Source: a virus (lineage: Duplodnaviria; Caudoviricetes). Taken from it: a stretch of DNA of 38,351 bases. The stretch spans positions 1 to 38,351 of the IMG/VR virus record IMGVR_UViG_3300017914_002545, one strand, 5' to 3'. The notes beneath the pieces are model-generated. The model was not told where the DNA came from. It saw only the letters and a list, made by a program, of their open reading frames with translations, and searched no databases. Position 1 is the stretch's first letter. Each line of letters starts with the position of its first letter. The position numbers and the translations under genes were made by a program. Positions 8,543-17,756 of this stretch are shown here, piece by piece.

Positions 8543-10398
8543 TATGCGCTGCCTCCATCAAGAAAAATTATTATATCGTTAGAAACAGTTGTTGCCGTTC
8601 CTCCATCTACAATAAAGTTTACTGTGCCTCCAGTACCACCTCCAGTACCTGATTGATTTTGATTTATAAATTTTTGAGCAGAGATACTATATGCAAGGAC
8701 TTGCCCGTCTTGCAAAGTACCAATATCTACATCTGACAAATCACCAATTTCTTGTGCCCCTGCTAAATTTTGTACAAAAGCAGTTGTAGCAATTTTGGTG
8801 CTGTTATCAGTAGCACTGGGAGTAGGAGCAGTAGGAGTTCCTGTTAAAGCAGGGGAAGCTATATTCGCTTTGGCTGCTAAATTATTAGTTACTGTCGTAG
8901 CAAAATTTGCATCGTCTCCGATTGCAGCTGCAAGCTCATTTAGAGTATCCAAAGCTCCAGGAGCTGCATCAATTACGCCCAATATTTCTTGATCGACATA
9001 CTGGGTTGTAGCATACGGACTGAGATCCGGGGGAGTAAATGTAAAAGTACCTGTAGTATTATTATAAGATAGGTTACCGCTACCGCTGCCTACAGCAACA
9101 TTTGAAGAGCTTAGATCTTCTAGCCCAATCTTGTTTTTTCCTAAAATATAGGTATCTAGGTTAGATTGAGTAAATAAAAATATTTGAGTTGTGGACGTTG
9201 CCACACCAATTTTTTGCGTAGTAGAACTTTTAGTTTGAGTAATTGTTCCGTTTTGGTCAATATGAACAGCATCTCCGGTAGTTAATCCAGAAAACCCATT
9301 TATCAAACCGTTAATTACTACGCCAACACTGCTTGTGCCACTTACAGATTGTGTGGAAAATCCTATAAAAGCAGAGCTAGTAGTTGTACTTGTTACTTTT
9401 ACTACAGTGCCATTAGACCCTAATTTTACAGGGTCATTAGCAGCTATTGTCCCTCCTGAAGTGAAAGTTCCTACTAATCTTTCACCTATTTGAGCTACCT
9501 CTGCAAATCTTTGGTCTACTATTGTATTCGCAAAAGAGCTAGGTATTTCATTATCTTCTGTACCTATTGAACTATTTTCGGGTATCAATAAACCGCCAGA
9601 AGTTGTTTCTGAAAGAGAGGCTTCTCCAATTGTTACGGTGCCGCCTGCAAATACACCTTCTTTTGCGTACACATACTCAAAAGCATTTGTTGTAGTACCC
9701 AAACTACTTCCTGAGAAATACCTTATTGGATTCGCATATCCTGTAGCAGCATAAAATAAGGGGGTTGACCCTGTTGCCTTTATGCTGCCTTTGATGTAAG
9801 CATTTCTCCATCCGCCGGAGGAAGCACCTAAATCAACATTTGAGCCGCCACCAGGAATCAAACTTCTGTTGAGAGTACCAAATTCTCTTAGCAAATACTG
9901 AGTGGTAACTACATCTGAGTTGTTTTGATTTGCAAGACTTGGAGTAGCAGCAGCAAGTATACCCCCAAAGGTTCCTCCTGTACTTTTTTGTACAAAGTTT
10001 AAGTTACCATTTGAAGTATAAAGATCTGCTCGAATATCATCGATTCGATCTGTTTCAGACTCAATCTCATGAGTCCAGTAAGTAAGTTCTCTTTCTAAAC
10101 TAGCTACACCTTGCTTTAGCTGAATAAAGTTTTGATCTACTTCGAGTACAGTTAGTAGCTCTTCGTTGGGTTTGTGAGAGACTGACTGAGCCTCTCCTGC
10201 CCCCAACGGAGTAGTAAAACTTGATAGAGGTATAGTGTAGCTTGCATCCGTATCTTTAGTAACAATATTAATATTCTTACTAATTTGTGTTTCCCAACGG
10301 CCTGTAACAGTATTCCAGACATATGTAATGCCATCGACTGTTACAGGACTGCCTACCCCGTTAGCAGGTAGGCTTGAGGAAGTTCTCGGATGCGACAT
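8542..10398 (-). CDS. Modular tail fibre/virion protein (618 aa)
   Basis: N-terminal VTVDGITYVWN...W motif like the 1..3531 ORF; short coiled coil; cement-like beta domain (TIAANDPVKL...GLTTGDAVHI...KIGVATSTTQI); APGALDTLNELAAAIGDDANF and ASPALTGTPTAPT modules; C-terminal DGGxA motifs. Confidence 0.8.
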   Translation of the reverse strand: MSHPRTSSSLPANGVGSPVTVDGITYVWNTVTGRWETQISKNINIVTKDTDASYTIPLSSFTTPLGAGEAQSVSHKPNEELLTVLEVDQNFIQLKQGVASLERELTYWTHEIESETDRIDDIRADLYTSNGNLNFVQKSTGGTFGGILAAATPSLANQNNSDVVTTQYLLREFGTLNRSLIPGGGSNVDLGASSGGWRNAYIKGSIKATGSTPLFYAATGYANPIRYFSGSSLGTTTNAFEYVYAKEGVFAGGTVTIGEASLSETTSGGLLIPENSSIGTEDNEIPSSFANTIVDQRFAEVAQIGERLVGTFTSGGTIAANDPVKLGSNGTVVKVTSTTTSSAFIGFSTQSVSGTSSVGVVINGLINGFSGLTTGDAVHIDQNGTITQTKSSTTQKIGVATSTTQIFLFTQSNLDTYILGKNKIGLEDLSSSNVAVGSGSGNLSYNNTTGTFTFTPPDLSPYATTQYVDQEILGVIDAAPGALDTLNELAAAIGDDANFATTVTNNLAAKANIASPALTGTPTAPTPSATDNSTKIATTAFVQNLAGAQEIGDLSDVDIGTLQDGQVLAYSISAQKFINQNQSGTGGGTGGTVNFIVDGGTATTVSNDIIIFLDGGSA

Positions 10399-10414
10399 TA
10401 AACTTCTTCTTTAC

Positions 10415-12424
10415 TTATGTCAAATCTTGAAGCTGAACTGACCAAGTAATTTGCAGAGTGTCTGCGGTGGCTTTGTTTACTGGGTCGAAAGTTGTACGAC
10501 ACAGCATAGTTTGAGTAAGAGGCCCACGAGTAAAGCCATATGCAGCAGCAGTTACTGTCTTACCATCTTGAGTAAGTACACCCTCAACAGGATTGTGATC
10601 TGTACCGCCAGTCAAGGTATAGTCAATAGTTGTGCCTGTAGCAGTATTGGCGCGCGTATCAATATGGGCCAGTTCTGCATTGTTTGCATCACTACCTGTA
10701 TAGGAACGATCGCCTACGTCAAAGATACCAAGATCTTGAACGTGCTTATTGAAAATACCCGCTTCTGTAATTGGATAGATTCGATTAAGTGGCGCACGGC
10801 TAGTTCCTGCTGTAGTATTAAATCTGTCATAGTCCTGCTCTGGACGAGGATTATTTTCTTTAAATGTTGCAACATATACAATACGATCGCCATTTTTCTT
10901 TGCGCCTGCAACAGCATTAGGTGCATAGGTACCTGAAGCAAAATCATAGTTTAAGAAAGTGCCATAAGCGGCCAAAGCGTCACCAGATACTCCGGTGATT
11001 GTAAGACCTCCTCGAACACCGTAGTTGTTTTCTTCTGGCGGATACCCTTCGGGAGTGCCGTCTTTATCGTTCGCAACAATACTAGATCCTACTAGCTGGC
11101 CTTGGAAAATACCGTCTACAGCCGTACCAAATTGCACAAACTCCGTCCCTCGAGTAGTAGCTGTATTAGTTCCTGCGGTTGTTGCAGCACCTACCGCTGT
11201 AGTGCCTGCGGGCTTGTCTTCCTCTGCTCCAACAAATGGGAATCTTGCCACACGAGTCATAGTACTTCCAGAAGAGTATGCTGTGCCATCAAGAACAGCA
11301 AAACCTGCTTCATCAATAGTGGTTGGTACACTAAGATCCCCTGAAGGGTTGGCAGTCAGATCAATAGGTAGACCATCTGCATCAGTGTGAGCTAGTTGAA
11401 TGTTATATTCTATATCTCGCTCATAAAAAGCACCAATCTGACCACGAGTAATTCCTAGCATTCCCAAACCTAATTCTGTGTATACGCCGATGTTATCAAC
11501 AGAAGAGTACTCGTTTGAAGCACCCAAGCCGCGAAGTGCAGCAGCCGCAAATGGGCCTGTAGAATGAGTCGTGCCTGTAGGGGGTTCAAACACAGATCTA
11601 TCATGTGTATGAGTAGGATGAGAAGGACTTACATTATAGCTTGTAAGTGCAATACGATCTACGTACTCTACATCAATGTGCACATCGGTGTTAGAAGCGC
11701 CCGGCTGGTTGCTGACTGGCAAAGTTCCGCTTAAAGTAACAGTAGTAGCTGTTGAATTAGGGGTGCCTGATTCAATTTTAGTAATTTTTAAATTACTTGA
11801 CTTAACATTATCACTACTTCCGCCAACAGGTCCTGTATTTGAAGTACCACCTGTTATGCCGTTTACACGTAGTCCTACACGCAAACGCTTTAGAGTGTCA
11901 CCTCCGTCACTACCTGTAGTAAATATAATCTGACTATTGCCAGATCCATCTGTAGAGTGCATATTTGTACTTCCATCTTGCTCCATATGTACATTTACAA
12001 GAGGTACATAATCCGTAGCAAGTGTAGTATCTTTCATTAGCTGAACACGAAACCCGCGCTCATCTTGCAGCATACGGTCATAAGACTTAGGAATAGCTGC
12101 TTGCTTTCTAGCATTTTTTAAGTTAGTTCCGCCGGAATCTGTAATACCAGTAATGGTGGGAAGGTTATCAAAGTCTGTGTGATTGTAACGATCTTTAGCG
12201 CTACGAGCAGCAGCTCCGATTCCGATTGCCATATGGCTCATCATTCGGGGCATTTTATGCTTGCCTGCACGATCCTGCCCGTCATCAATCATACGACCGA
12301 TAATGTGAGCGATACCATCCTTCGTAACTTTGTTACGAATTGTTTTGTGTTGCTTTACCCTTCCATCTTTATCACGAAGGACTAGGTTTACAACACCTTT
12401 TAAGCGACAATCGTCTATATACAT
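10415..12424 (-). CDS. Tail collar/fibre-base-like structural protein with large insertions (669 aa)
   Basis: Blocks LKGVVNLVLRDKDG, MSHMAIGIG, IVYVATF, ITEAGIFN and MLCRTTF.PVNK..ADTLQITW match, from memory, a small phage family normally ~150 aa; SD AAGGAG upstream. Confidence 0.7.
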   Translation of the reverse strand: MYIDDCRLKGVVNLVLRDKDGRVKQHKTIRNKVTKDGIAHIIGRMIDDGQDRAGKHKMPRMMSHMAIGIGAAARSAKDRYNHTDFDNLPTITGITDSGGTNLKNARKQAAIPKSYDRMLQDERGFRVQLMKDTTLATDYVPLVNVHMEQDGSTNMHSTDGSGNSQIIFTTGSDGGDTLKRLRVGLRVNGITGGTSNTGPVGGSSDNVKSSNLKITKIESGTPNSTATTVTLSGTLPVSNQPGASNTDVHIDVEYVDRIALTSYNVSPSHPTHTHDRSVFEPPTGTTHSTGPFAAAALRGLGASNEYSSVDNIGVYTELGLGMLGITRGQIGAFYERDIEYNIQLAHTDADGLPIDLTANPSGDLSVPTTIDEAGFAVLDGTAYSSGSTMTRVARFPFVGAEEDKPAGTTAVGAATTAGTNTATTRGTEFVQFGTAVDGIFQGQLVGSSIVANDKDGTPEGYPPEENNYGVRGGLTITGVSGDALAAYGTFLNYDFASGTYAPNAVAGAKKNGDRIVYVATFKENNPRPEQDYDRFNTTAGTSRAPLNRIYPITEAGIFNKHVQDLGIFDVGDRSYTGSDANNAELAHIDTRANTATGTTIDYTLTGGTDHNPVEGVLTQDGKTVTAAAYGFTRGPLTQTMLCRTTFDPVNKATADTLQITWSVQLQDLT

Positions 12425-12436
12425 TTAGGTTCTCCT

Positions 12437-14473
12437 TTAAAATTGGCGTGATCTGCCAGGTGGTATTGTAGCAACATATGGCTGTAAAAAATATGCTCCT
12501 TTGGTGTACTCTTCATCCCTCATCCAAACGTATCCTTTTTCTGAAGTTGAGAGTGTGTCTCGAATACCGTCAGTTTTCTCTTGAAATTTTCTTAACGCTT
12601 CGTCCTGTATACCAACTTTAAACTCTTTAATCTTGTTAAAAAGGTATGGATTAAAGCTATCATCAGTTAAAAATCTTTCAGTTATAATTTCTGCAATTGC
12701 AGGTGTTAATATAGCACTTGTTAGTTTACTTTTTTCAACTACTGGCTTCTTAACATCTTTTACAACATCAGTCTCAATTTCTAGTAACTCAAAAGGCACC
12801 TTATTGAAAAGTAAAACTGAGGTTTCTTTTATTCCCATTTTAGATGCAGCACTTCTAAATCTAGGAGTAAGTACTGTATCTTGCAACTTTAGTTTTTCAA
12901 TTCGAGGCTTATTTACTTCTTTTTTAACCTCTTGAACTAAACTTAAAAACTCTAATATTTGAGTAGCAAATAAGAATACAACATCTCCTATTCCTGCTGC
13001 ATCTCTGTCTTTGCTACGTACTCCGGCTCTATCAGTAAAAACTCTAGCTTGGGAGGCTAGAGTGTTGTCATCGAGCTTTGCTACTTCTGGTAATATGATT
13101 CTTTTGTTTAAAAATCTTGCAAGTTGTGTTCTTAAATTTGCAACAGTAAACAGTCTTATAGGCATCTCTAATTTGATAAGCTCATCAAATATTAGCTTTT
13201 CTACAAAAAGTTTCGCCTTAGGCGTTAAAATAGAGTTTACTGTTTTTAACTCTTCTTTTTCAACAAGATTTGGATTAATAAAAGCTCTTACAATAGTATT
13301 CGCTATATCTGCTGCACGTTTGTCTGACTGCTTCCTTGTAGATATTTTTGTAAATAATCTGTCAGGAATATACTCTGACTTTGAGGGGCGAAGCATAGAA
13401 TCTCGTACATCGTACTGCTCTAGTATACTTCTGTTTACATCAAAGAACCTAAATATAGAACTATTAAGTAAATCTTCTGCAGGCTTTCCTGTTTTCTTTC
13501 TAGTAGAAGATTTTGCCCCTACTCTATCTGCTTCATAAATTGCTCTTGCAACTAAATTATTTGTTCGTATATTTATCGCAGAATTTTTTACTAACTCTAC
13601 TTTTCTTGATACTTCATCTAGCAGATTTAGCAATTCTTGTTTTTCAATTTCTGTTCTTAAAAAGTTACTCTCTGATACAAAAACTCTATCTGTGTTAGTA
13701 CGAGCTTTTGGTACTAAAATCGAGATTCTTGTATCTATAATCTCTTTAAACTTTTTACTTGGAGCTGCTTTAAGTAAATTAAATAAAATAAGCAGTTCTT
13801 TTGGGTCTGAGCCTCTTCGAAGCTGAGGAGGAAAGTCTTTAATACCTAGTCTTTCTACCTTTGTAACACTTCGAGGAGTTAGTATTGCGTTTTGTAATCC
13901 TACTCGATCCGTTTTTCTAGAGCCTACGTCTTTCTTTTGTATTTTATCAAGTATAGTGACTACTTCTTTTTTCTGTATTCGCGCTTCTTTTGAAATCGCT
14001 TGAAGTAGGTCTAATTCTTCTACAAATTTTTTGTGCTCTAAAAACTCTTGGAAGTCTTTAGTATTTAACGTATCTTGTAGCTTAAATGCTTTTAAAAACT
14101 TTAAAAATTGATCTATCTCTACTACGTCCCTAAGAAGCTTTCCTGCTCGTCTTGATACGTCTTCTCTTTCCTCTACGACGTCTTTGAACGCTTTATCTTG
14201 AGAAAAAGAAATAACATCTACAAGTTTTAAGCTACTTGTAAGTTGTTCTTTTAGTAGTATAAACAGGTCTAGCTGTACATCAAATAAGCTAGGGCTATTT
14301 ATTAATGAAGCTGCTCCAAGTAGTGTAGGGCCTGTTTTAGTGACTCCTGCAAATAAGGGGTCATTTTGAACAATTCCTTCTTCTAATCTAGGTCCAGTAG
14401 TGTTTTTAGCTAAAAGCTTGGGATTATTTTTCAACTCAGATAGCAAAATTGAAATTCTGGTATCTATAGTCAT
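12437..14473 (-). CDS. Basic 18-aa-repeat protein (678 aa), putative fibre/shaft structural protein
   Basis: K/R/L/I-rich with ~18-aa periodicity and ~54-aa super-repeat (ILTP[RK]-like); aromatic C-terminal cap YTKGAYFLQPYV...SRQF. Confidence 0.65.
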   Translation of the reverse strand: MTIDTRISILLSELKNNPKLLAKNTTGPRLEEGIVQNDPLFAGVTKTGPTLLGAASLINSPSLFDVQLDLFILLKEQLTSSLKLVDVISFSQDKAFKDVVEEREDVSRRAGKLLRDVVEIDQFLKFLKAFKLQDTLNTKDFQEFLEHKKFVEELDLLQAISKEARIQKKEVVTILDKIQKKDVGSRKTDRVGLQNAILTPRSVTKVERLGIKDFPPQLRRGSDPKELLILFNLLKAAPSKKFKEIIDTRISILVPKARTNTDRVFVSESNFLRTEIEKQELLNLLDEVSRKVELVKNSAINIRTNNLVARAIYEADRVGAKSSTRKKTGKPAEDLLNSSIFRFFDVNRSILEQYDVRDSMLRPSKSEYIPDRLFTKISTRKQSDKRAADIANTIVRAFINPNLVEKEELKTVNSILTPKAKLFVEKLIFDELIKLEMPIRLFTVANLRTQLARFLNKRIILPEVAKLDDNTLASQARVFTDRAGVRSKDRDAAGIGDVVFLFATQILEFLSLVQEVKKEVNKPRIEKLKLQDTVLTPRFRSAASKMGIKETSVLLFNKVPFELLEIETDVVKDVKKPVVEKSKLTSAILTPAIAEIITERFLTDDSFNPYLFNKIKEFKVGIQDEALRKFQEKTDGIRDTLSTSEKGYVWMRDEEYTKGAYFLQPYVATIPPGRSRQF

Positions 14474-14474
14474 T

Positions 14475-14660
14475 TTAAATCCTCAAACTTAGGCGCACTA
14501 CCTCCGAGCTTTTTAATAACGGCACATTCCTAAGTATATTTTCGGAAACTGGAGCATCTAGCACTACTGGATCCGCATTAGGAGTATTGGCTTTGGCCGA
14601 TTTTAGTCCAGGAAAGTTTCCTAGATTGGGCTTCATTGTAAATACAAAACTCTTTTTCAT
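14475..14660 (-). CDS. Hypothetical protein (61 aa)
   Basis: Fills the gap between flanking genes with 1-2 nt spacing on each side. Confidence 0.55.
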   Translation of the reverse strand: MKKSFVFTMKPNLGNFPGLKSAKANTPNADPVVLDAPVSENILRNVPLLKSSEVVRLSLRI

Positions 14661-14662
14661 GA

Positions 14663-14995
14663 CTAGAAGTCATCTCGAACCTTAATATCAATAAGCTCAA
14701 ACACGCTCATAATTTGACCATCCGACAAAGTAAACTCTATCTCTGCTTCATAAAATCCTTCAGTAGTAGCAGAATCTGTTAGAAAGTCACTTAGTGGAAA
14801 AACTAAAACTCCTGTAGAAAGAGAAGATTCTACAGTATCCAAAGGAATAGTAGAAATTATAGCTGTTGTTCCCTTCTTACGAACACGCAAATTTGTATTG
14901 GATGAGCCGACAAAGGCCGCCCCTGTATCGGAACGAGTTACAGTTGCTTTAAGCTGAGGACCTGTATCGCCTTTTACGACTTGAATTATATCCAT
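14663..14995 (-). CDS. BppU-N-like / collar Ig-fold protein (110 aa)
   Basis: IQVVKGDTGPQLKATV...GFYEAEIEFTLSDG...IDIKVRDDF pattern typical of BppU N-terminal-like baseplate proteins; first gene after a promoter. Confidence 0.7.
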   Translation of the reverse strand: MDIIQVVKGDTGPQLKATVTRSDTGAAFVGSSNTNLRVRKKGTTAIISTIPLDTVESSLSTGVLVFPLSDFLTDSATTEGFYEAEIEFTLSDGQIMSVFELIDIKVRDDF

Positions 14996-15044
14996 TTGTT
15001 TTCAACGTACTCCTTAGGGAGGCTTTTAATATTTAATTAGAATG

Positions 15045-15085
15045 ATTATACCAACACCGACATAAAATGTCAAGATCTTTTTTTC
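15045..15085 (-). promoter_or_regulatory. Perfect-consensus sigma70 promoter driving the fibre locus
   Basis: Minus strand TTGACA (15073-15068), 17 nt, TATAAT (15050-15045), preceded by an A-tract (UP-like); intergenic. Confidence 0.92.
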
Positions 15086-15099
15086 TTAGGGGTGGTAGT

Positions 15100-15327
15100 T
15101 TAGGATGGCCACGCCGCATCACAGACTGCACGAACTTGCGTTGTTTCGCCTGTATAATCGTCGCCTTGTGTTATTGTGTATCTGTGGAAATTGGTGCTAA
15201 TTACTGTCCCACTTTCTGATATTTCTATCTTTTCTCGTACATGAACATTTACAACTGCGTTACCGTCTTCATCTTGAGCATGTACGATTTCTATTTTATC
15301 TTTTGTTGTCGTTTTTGTGAGCGACAT
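15100..15327 (-). CDS. Small fibre-associated protein (75 aa), possible fibre chaperone
   Basis: SD AAGGAG; MSLTKTT..DKIEIV...FHR...QVRAVCDAAW pattern that I recall downstream of DDYEEGTWTP-type fibres in aquatic phages. Confidence 0.7.
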   Translation of the reverse strand: MSLTKTTTKDKIEIVHAQDEDGNAVVNVHVREKIEISESGTVISTNFHRYTITQGDDYTGETTQVRAVCDAAWPS

Positions 15328-15338
15328 TTTATTCTCCT

Positions 15339-17756
15339 TTAAGCTGTTTTATAAGTAATACTAAACCTTACCCCCGTATATGCGTTGCTAGTTTGAGTAG
15401 TTCTTAAAACATTTCCTACTGTCTGCATATTTTCTCCGCCTCCCGTAGCAGAAGGCAAGATGATAAATCCATAAGTACTTCCTGGGTTTACTGTAAAATA
15501 TGCTCCTCGCATAGAATTCGCAGCTCTACCAGTAAAGTTAATACTAGTAGAAGGAAATTGAACATAAGTACTCGCTACTGTAAAGGGAAGATTTCTAACA
15601 TATAAAAAATTACTTGAATTTAATCCGCTTGGGTTTATATTTTGTGCAGGACATGAAACGTGTACTATGTCGCCTATTTTTGTATAGGAACCTGTGCCTG
15701 CAGTACTTGCCGTAACGTAATTTCCTCCTGAAGCCGCGTCTGCAAAATGTGGTGTCCAAGTACCTTCCTCGTAGTCATCAAGAGCTCCGCTGTTTGAGGA
15801 AGTTCCGCTAAAAGTAATCCCGCCATACGTCTGCAAGGTCTGATCGCTGTTTATACGTAAGGCTTCTTGAGCATTTGTAAAGAATCGAAAACGATCGCTA
15901 GAGTGCTGGTAACCAATTTGGCCCACATTTGAATCAGCGCTATCACCAAAATACATCCAGTTATCTGCAGTTGTACCGCCAACTTGCATTCGTAAGAAGG
16001 TGTCATCTGAGCTTCCGGTTGCCGTTGTTCTAAGCCTAAGTATGGCGTCACCAGTATCCTCCTCGATATCTAGGTTGAAGCCAGATGAAGGGGTGCGACC
16101 AATGCCTACATCACCATTGTCAGTAATACGAACGGCTTCTGTACCATTGGTATTAAAAATCATCGCATTGTCAGTATGATTATACTCTATTTTACCTACA
16201 TCATCAGCGCCAGCGTCACCAAAGTAGATAAAATTACTGCCTGTTGTACCACCAATTTCATTTCTAAGAATAGTATTTGCACCATTACTTAAAGTAAAAA
16301 GCCTCATTTGAGCACTCAGCGAGCCCTCTCGTACATCTACCATATACTGCGGGTTGGAAGAAAAAGTTCCTAGCCCGACTTTTGAGCTTCTAAGAGTTAC
16401 GAGTTGATTGCTTGCTTGAATTAATCTAACTTCATCGTTGTCCGTTGCTGCTTCGACTTGTACTTTTGTATCCCCATCCGCATCTTGTATTACATTAGAG
16501 GAGCCCGAACCTCCTCCAGACGATGCTATTGTAATAGTATCAGTATTAGCATCTGTAGTAAGTGTAATACCGGTGCCCGCTGCAAGTGTTAATACATCTG
16601 TAGGAGAATCTGCTACTACATTACTTTGCCCAGAAACAGCAATAGTACTAAACATGTTTCGTGATGTTGCTACCCAGTTTGTACCGTTATACTGTAAAAA
16701 TTGATCCGCTGTAGGGCTGCCTGCGCTAACATCAGTTAAATCGTCCATACTTAAAAAGCTATCTTTAGCTGTAATAAGCCAGTGTGGATCTGTTCCTCCT
16801 CCGGGTGCATTATATACTAAAATTTTGTCTTGCCCTGCAGTTCCCAGAATGTCATTGAAAACACTAGGTTGTAATGAAAGAGTCTTGGCTACCCAATTTC
16901 CGCTATTATAACTTGCATGTTGCCAAAGAACTTTTGGTCTTGTTACTTGCAATCCAGTCAGGCTTACATCAGTGTGGTCTCCCAGACCTTGATTTCCAAT
17001 CGCCGTAGTGATATCTACGTTTTCAAATCTCGCAGTGGCTGAGTTATATTGCAATACTTGGTCGTCTGCAATTGAAGTTATATTTACATCAGATAAATTA
17101 CCTATAGCTATATCTGCTCCCACATCACTAGCAGTATCGTATTCCCATTGCTGATTGCTTGCATTATAACGTAGAAAAAGTCCCGTTGCAGTAGGAGCAG
17201 TATTTGTTACATTACTCAAATCCTGTAAACGTACATAAGTACTTGTAACAGTTCGTAAATCTTCAAATCCATAAACGTTTCCAGTTTTTGGTATTAAAAC
17301 TTTAAACGAGCCAGAACTAAAAGCAGTTCCAGTAACATCTGCTAAATCATCTAAATTTTCTACACCAGCCCCAAACTCTACTGTGCCATTAGATGCTACT
17401 CTAAGAACTTGGCCCGTACTTCCTCCGTTTACAGATAAGTTGGCAGCATCAATATCTATAACAAGATCTTGTCCATCCCAAGTTACTTTTTCATTGTTGG
17501 GGTCGCCTATTGCAACTCTACACTTTCTAGCTGCTTCGTCAAAGCCAAGCCACCAACCAATACCTACATCATAACCTGTTTTGCCACATTTTATATTTCC
17601 AGCACCGTCGAATGTTATTCCACCACCACTTTCGTTGATAGTAATACCTTCATTTAACCCTACATCAGTCATGTCCTCTGGATTAAGATTTGCGGTATCT
17701 CCAGTAGATGTAGAGTCAATATAAAGTTCGAATTTAATTTCGCTAGTTGCGCTCAT
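15339..17756 (-). CDS. Tail fibre / receptor-binding protein (805 aa)
   Basis: Repeated L.DL.DV...L.YN...W modules, two VG[IL]G-type repeats with FGD..D..VG.I.Y.H, and C-terminal DDYEEGTWTP domain; coupled to the gpJ-like gene by a TAATG overlap. Confidence 0.82.
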   Translation of the reverse strand: MSATSEIKFELYIDSTSTGDTANLNPEDMTDVGLNEGITINESGGGITFDGAGNIKCGKTGYDVGIGWWLGFDEAARKCRVAIGDPNNEKVTWDGQDLVIDIDAANLSVNGGSTGQVLRVASNGTVEFGAGVENLDDLADVTGTAFSSGSFKVLIPKTGNVYGFEDLRTVTSTYVRLQDLSNVTNTAPTATGLFLRYNASNQQWEYDTASDVGADIAIGNLSDVNITSIADDQVLQYNSATARFENVDITTAIGNQGLGDHTDVSLTGLQVTRPKVLWQHASYNSGNWVAKTLSLQPSVFNDILGTAGQDKILVYNAPGGGTDPHWLITAKDSFLSMDDLTDVSAGSPTADQFLQYNGTNWVATSRNMFSTIAVSGQSNVVADSPTDVLTLAAGTGITLTTDANTDTITIASSGGGSGSSNVIQDADGDTKVQVEAATDNDEVRLIQASNQLVTLRSSKVGLGTFSSNPQYMVDVREGSLSAQMRLFTLSNGANTILRNEIGGTTGSNFIYFGDAGADDVGKIEYNHTDNAMIFNTNGTEAVRITDNGDVGIGRTPSSGFNLDIEEDTGDAILRLRTTATGSSDDTFLRMQVGGTTADNWMYFGDSADSNVGQIGYQHSSDRFRFFTNAQEALRINSDQTLQTYGGITFSGTSSNSGALDDYEEGTWTPHFADAASGGNYVTASTAGTGSYTKIGDIVHVSCPAQNINPSGLNSSNFLYVRNLPFTVASTYVQFPSTSINFTGRAANSMRGAYFTVNPGSTYGFIILPSATGGGENMQTVGNVLRTTQTSNAYTGVRFSITYKTA

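Noticed and set aside
1-15000. Invertible fibre cassette (shufflon or Gin/Cin type)
   Set aside because: All modules are in the same orientation; no invertase or inverted crossover sites seen.
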